A stretch of DNA of 64,000 bases from Spirochaetia bacterium (GTDB lineage Bacteria > Spirochaetota > Spirochaetia > SZUA-6 > Bin103), in NCBI GenBank assembly GCA_965203905.1, contig CBDBDQ010000005.1, forward strand, positions 3,616,001-3,680,000, read 5' to 3'. The first letter of the stretch is position 1, and each line of letters begins with the position of its first letter. Below, piece by piece: positions 60,248-64,000 of the stretch. The position numbers and the translations under genes are program-made. The notes beneath the pieces are model-generated. The model was not told the DNA's origin. It did not search any database and saw nothing but the letters and a program-made list of their open reading frames with translations.

Positions 60248-62305
60248 ATGGTCATGGTGGTGCTGCGAGCAGGTTGGAGTTGGCGCAATCCGGGTGCGGC
60301 GCTGGCGATCGTGTCGCTGCTGTGGGCCGGGGCCTGCGACGGCGGGCGAGCGGAGCGGTCAGCGGCCGCGGCCCACGACGAGCGGGTGCGTGAGGTTGCC
60401 GTGCCGATGCAACTCTACGGAGTGTATGACCGGGATGTCGCGGTTGGAGAGGATCCTTCGCAACTGACGATTCCGCCGGGCATTCTCGACTCGTCGTGGA
60501 TCCGGGAACTGCGTGCGCAGCAGCTCGCCGCGGTCGCTCACCTGGACGTGTTCCATGATTTCGCATTCCAGGACCGCCTGCCGGAGAGCGGCATCTCTTT
60601 CCAGCACCGGATCGTCGAGGACGCGGGCAGGATCTACAAGGCGGTGCATTACGATCACGGCAACGGCCTCGCGGTGGCCGATGTCGACGGCGACGGCCTG
60701 ACCGACATCTACTTCACCACCCAGTTGGGCGGCAACCAGCTCTGGCGCAACCTCGGGAATGGCCGCTTCGAAGACTGGACGGAGCGTTCCGGGGTAGCCG
60801 TCGCGGACCGCATCGGCGTGTCGGCGTCGTTCGCCGACACCGACAACGACGGCGACGCCGATCTCTACGTGACCACCGTGCGCGGCGGCAACCTGCTGCT
60901 GGAGAACGACGGCCGCGGCGTGTTCCGGGACGTTTCCCGCAGATCGGGGCTCGACTACGTGGGGCACTCGTCCGCCGCCGTCTTCTTCGACTACGACCGG
61001 GATGGGCGCCTCGACCTGTTTCTCGCCAACGTCGGGACCTACACCACCGACCGCGTGGGCCCGGGCGGATACTACGTGGGGCACGTGGATGCGTTCGACA
61101 ACCACCTGCTGCCGGAGGACTCCGAGCGCAGCATCCTGTTCCGGAACCTGGGCCGCAACCGCTTTGCCGACGTGTCCGAGCAGGTCGGCTTGGTGGATAC
61201 CGGTTGGAGCGGCGACGCCCATCCGCTCGACGGCAACGGGGACGGCTGGCCGGACCTCTACGTGCTCAACATGCAGGGGCACGACGAGTACTGGGAGAGC
61301 GTCGCCGGAGAGCGCTTCATCCGCCGCGGCCGCGAGCTGTTTCCGCGCACGCCCTTCGGCGCCATGGGCATCGGCGTGTTCGACTACGACAACGACGGCG
61401 CCATGGACATCTTCGTCACCGACATGCACACCGACATGATGGATGGAGAGCCGTTTCAGGAATACGTCGCCGAGCTGGAGAAGGCGAAGCTGCGGCCGGA
61501 GCATCGTCCGCCGGCGGGGGCGCTGGGGACCGACGGCAACCACGTGTGGGGCAACGCCCTGTTCCACAACGACGGCAGCGGCAGCTTCAGCGAGGTCTCC
61601 GACGCGCTCAACGTGGAGAATTACTGGCCGTGGGGGCTCAGCATTGGCGATCTCAACGCGGACGGTTACGAGGACCTGTTCATCGCCTCCAGCATGAACT
61701 TCCCGTTTCGCTACGCGGTCAACTCGCTGCTGCTGAACGATGCCGGCAAGCGCTTCGTCGACAGCGAGTTCATCCTCGGGGTGGAGCCGCGGCGCGATGG
61801 TCGTACCGCAAAGCCGTGGTTCACGCTCGACTGCTCCGGCCGCGACCGGCTGCACCAGGTGTGCCGCACGCGGGATGGGGAGTACACCGTCTGGGGCGCA
61901 CTGGGATCGCGCTCCTCGGCGATCTTCGACCTGGACGCCGACGGGGACCTGGACATCGTCACCAACGACTTCAACTCGGAGCCGATGGTGCTGGTGAGCG
62001 ACCTGGCCCAGCGTACCGCGGTGCGCTGGCTGAAGGTGACCCTGGTCGGCCGCGCCTCGAACCGCGACGGTCTCGGCGCCCGCGTCGCGGTGACCACCGA
62101 CGGGCACACTCTGACCAGGTACCAGTCCGGCAAGTCGGGTTACCTGGCGCAGAGCCGCCTGCCGCTCTACTTCGGACTGGGCGGATCGCATGAGGTGCGT
62201 TCCATCGAGGTGCTCTGGCCCTCCGGCAGGCGGCAGCGGATCGAGGGGCCGATCGCGACGAACCAGCACCTCGTGGTGACCGAACCGCGCGGTCGCAGCC
62301 GGTGA
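60248..62305 (+). CDS. Secreted/lipoprotein CRTAC1-like FG-GAP/ASPIC-UnbV protein
   Basis: Hydrophobic N-terminus ending AGAC; DxDxDG repeats; SNRDGLGARV..YFGLG..WPSG. Confidence 0.88.
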   Translation: MVMVVLRAGWSWRNPGAALAIVSLLWAGACDGGRAERSAAAAHDERVREVAVPMQLYGVYDRDVAVGEDPSQLTIPPGILDSSWIRELRAQQLAAVAHLDVFHDFAFQDRLPESGISFQHRIVEDAGRIYKAVHYDHGNGLAVADVDGDGLTDIYFTTQLGGNQLWRNLGNGRFEDWTERSGVAVADRIGVSASFADTDNDGDADLYVTTVRGGNLLLENDGRGVFRDVSRRSGLDYVGHSSAAVFFDYDRDGRLDLFLANVGTYTTDRVGPGGYYVGHVDAFDNHLLPEDSERSILFRNLGRNRFADVSEQVGLVDTGWSGDAHPLDGNGDGWPDLYVLNMQGHDEYWESVAGERFIRRGRELFPRTPFGAMGIGVFDYDNDGAMDIFVTDMHTDMMDGEPFQEYVAELEKAKLRPEHRPPAGALGTDGNHVWGNALFHNDGSGSFSEVSDALNVENYWPWGLSIGDLNADGYEDLFIASSMNFPFRYAVNSLLLNDAGKRFVDSEFILGVEPRRDGRTAKPWFTLDCSGRDRLHQVCRTRDGEYTVWGALGSRSSAIFDLDADGDLDIVTNDFNSEPMVLVSDLAQRTAVRWLKVTLVGRASNRDGLGARVAVTTDGHTLTRYQSGKSGYLAQSRLPLYFGLGGSHEVRSIEVLWPSGRRQRIEGPIATNQHLVVTEPRGRSR

Positions 62306-62330
62306 GCGCCTGAAGCGCCGGCGCGGGGAC

Positions 62331-63776
62331 TCAGTGCTGGAGGTACACCGCGTAGAGGCGGACGTCCTCCGGTCGCACGCCGCTGAAGTCGACCCGGATC
62401 CTGACCGCGGCGTCCGACGCGAGGTCCTTGCGCGCGCCCCACTCGACCTGCTGGCGCAAGCCGGAGCGGACCGGTCCGGTGCAGTTGGCGGCTTCGTATC
62501 CGGCGATGCTCCGCAGCTGCTCGTCGAGAACCGAGACGCGCACGCGGGCATGCTCGGAGAGTCCGTCGACGTTCAGCGCGACGCGCGCCGGACGGCCCTG
62601 CAGCTCGATCGGCTGGGAGATGCAGAATGCGGCGTCGTCCCGCTCCGCGTAGGCCTCGAAGCTGCCCAGGCGGTCGCGCGGCCATACCGCGAGGCGCACG
62701 CCGTCGCTGTCGTCCTCCGGCCACGGAGAGTACCAGAACAGGGTCTCGTCGCCGATGTTCTCGAATCCCTGCCCCTGGATCAGGGCCGGGAAACGCACCG
62801 CGGCATCCTTCTTCTGCCAGCCGATCTCGGAGGCATCGACCAGCGCAAAGTCGGGAATCGGCTCCCGGAAGTGCAGCGCGTCGTGGCTCACCACGAGCCC
62901 GAGGTTCATGCGCGTGAGGCGCCGGTCGTTGGAGGGGTGGCCATCCCACATGCCGTACACGCCGACCAGCGTGTTGCCGCGGTTCCACAGCGCCGCGCCG
63001 AGATGCACCTGCGGTCCGTCGTTGTCCCCGTACCGACTCGGACGCGGCGGCAGCGGGTCGCGGCGGAAGCCCAGGCAGGAGGCCGGCGACCAGGTCTCGA
63101 AGTCGTAGGAGAGGTGGGTGAACAACACCCGCACGTAGCCCTTGGGAGACCAGTGACCGCCGTCCTGTCCGGTCACGTACCAGGCGCCGTTGAACCTGGT
63201 GCCGCCGGAGGGCTCGATGATCGGCCCCCGCGGGTTCCCCGGATGCATGCTCCAGGAGAGGCCGTCGGCGCTGAACCCCACCGCCAGGCGCTGGCGGTAG
63301 CGGCGCGCCTCCACCACCATCTTGAAGCGCCGCCCTGGATCGGGGTCGTCCGGCTCGTGGAATACCACGCAGCCGGTCACCAAGTCATCGAAACCGAGGT
63401 CGACGATATTGTTGTCCCGGGAGCCGTCGTATTCCACCAGGCCCAGGCGCGGCTTCCACCAGGTGTGGCCGTCCGTGCTCCGAGCCAGGCATACCTTCTG
63501 GTTCCATCTCTCGCCGCCGCGGTCGCCCATGCCGAGGTACCACATCCACAGCTCGTCGCCCACCCGCCGCACCGTGCCGTAGTAGGTGCAGATCACGTTG
63601 TCCGGAGCTCCCGGACCGCCGAGCCCGACCACTATGTTGGAGGACTGGTCGACCCACTTGCGAAACGAGTGCAAACGCAGCCGGAGGCCGCGCTGCAGGG
63701 GGATCGCGTAGTCGTCGAATGGGAACAGAACGACCTCGTTCAGGCTTTCCGTGTGACCGAGTCCCTTCACGATCAT
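62331..63776 (-). CDS. Uncharacterised beta-propeller protein related to 54963-56462
   Basis: LFPFDD, YYGTV, CLARSTDGHTW, FSADGLSW, RDRLG, LYAVY. Confidence 0.7.
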   Translation of the reverse strand: MIVKGLGHTESLNEVVLFPFDDYAIPLQRGLRLRLHSFRKWVDQSSNIVVGLGGPGAPDNVICTYYGTVRRVGDELWMWYLGMGDRGGERWNQKVCLARSTDGHTWWKPRLGLVEYDGSRDNNIVDLGFDDLVTGCVVFHEPDDPDPGRRFKMVVEARRYRQRLAVGFSADGLSWSMHPGNPRGPIIEPSGGTRFNGAWYVTGQDGGHWSPKGYVRVLFTHLSYDFETWSPASCLGFRRDPLPPRPSRYGDNDGPQVHLGAALWNRGNTLVGVYGMWDGHPSNDRRLTRMNLGLVVSHDALHFREPIPDFALVDASEIGWQKKDAAVRFPALIQGQGFENIGDETLFWYSPWPEDDSDGVRLAVWPRDRLGSFEAYAERDDAAFCISQPIELQGRPARVALNVDGLSEHARVRVSVLDEQLRSIAGYEAANCTGPVRSGLRQQVEWGARKDLASDAAVRIRVDFSGVRPEDVRLYAVYLQH

Positions 63777-63850
63777 GGCAACCTCCGCCAGCGTGGTTGC
63801 CGCCACGATACCGTCGGCAGGCGGGGCGTGCTACACTCGGACGTACGGGC

Positions 63851-64000
63851 ATGAGTGAGACGCTGCTGTCGGTGCGCGATCTCGACGTGTCGTACTACTC
63901 CTCCCGCGGCACGTTTCGCGCCTTGAACAAGGTGTCGGTCGACATCGGCTACGGCGAGATGTTCGCCGTGGTGGGGGAGACCGGCTGCGGCAAGTCGACC
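63851..64000 (+). CDS. DppD-like ABC ATPase, partial
   Basis: MSETLLSVRDLDVSY..VVGETGCGKST (Walker A). Confidence 0.9.
   Translation, partial: MSETLLSVRDLDVSYYSSRGTFRALNKVSVDIGYGEMFAVVGETGCGKST

Overview
GC-rich bacterial DNA with lower-GC inserts. The window is accessory: I found no rRNA, tRNA, CRISPR array or core housekeeping gene. The 'AGAEEE/AAEGE' N-termini of the solute-binding proteins, plus the sulfatases, PhyH dioxygenases, LLM oxidoreductases and CRTAC1-like proteins, suggest a heterotrophic, possibly host-associated Spirochaetaceae-like organism (inference only). Contents: (i) several Dpp/Opp-type ABC transporter loci, three being related lower-GC copies in different states of decay; (ii) many toxin-antitoxin (TA) genes, including three TA modules bracketed by two nested pairs of inverted repeats (16502-19158), with a bias toward broken or missing toxins beside intact antitoxins; (iii) an SNF2+SWIM pair and a collapsed type I R-M locus that keeps yhcG and a DUF4062 protein; (iv) an rve/DDE IS with repeated end motifs and an about 490-nt non-coding 3' segment; (v) catabolic enzymes. 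Best candidates for undescribed biology: the nested IR-bounded TA array; a SLATT-like 2TM gene coupled to an unannotated 50-aa proline-rich ORF; a PhyH dioxygenase with an integrase-arm-like N-terminal domain behind a perfect palindrome; a DUF104 antitoxin paired with a retropepsin protease. Many genes have lost their middles to deletions. All family calls come from motif recognition by eye, not database searches.
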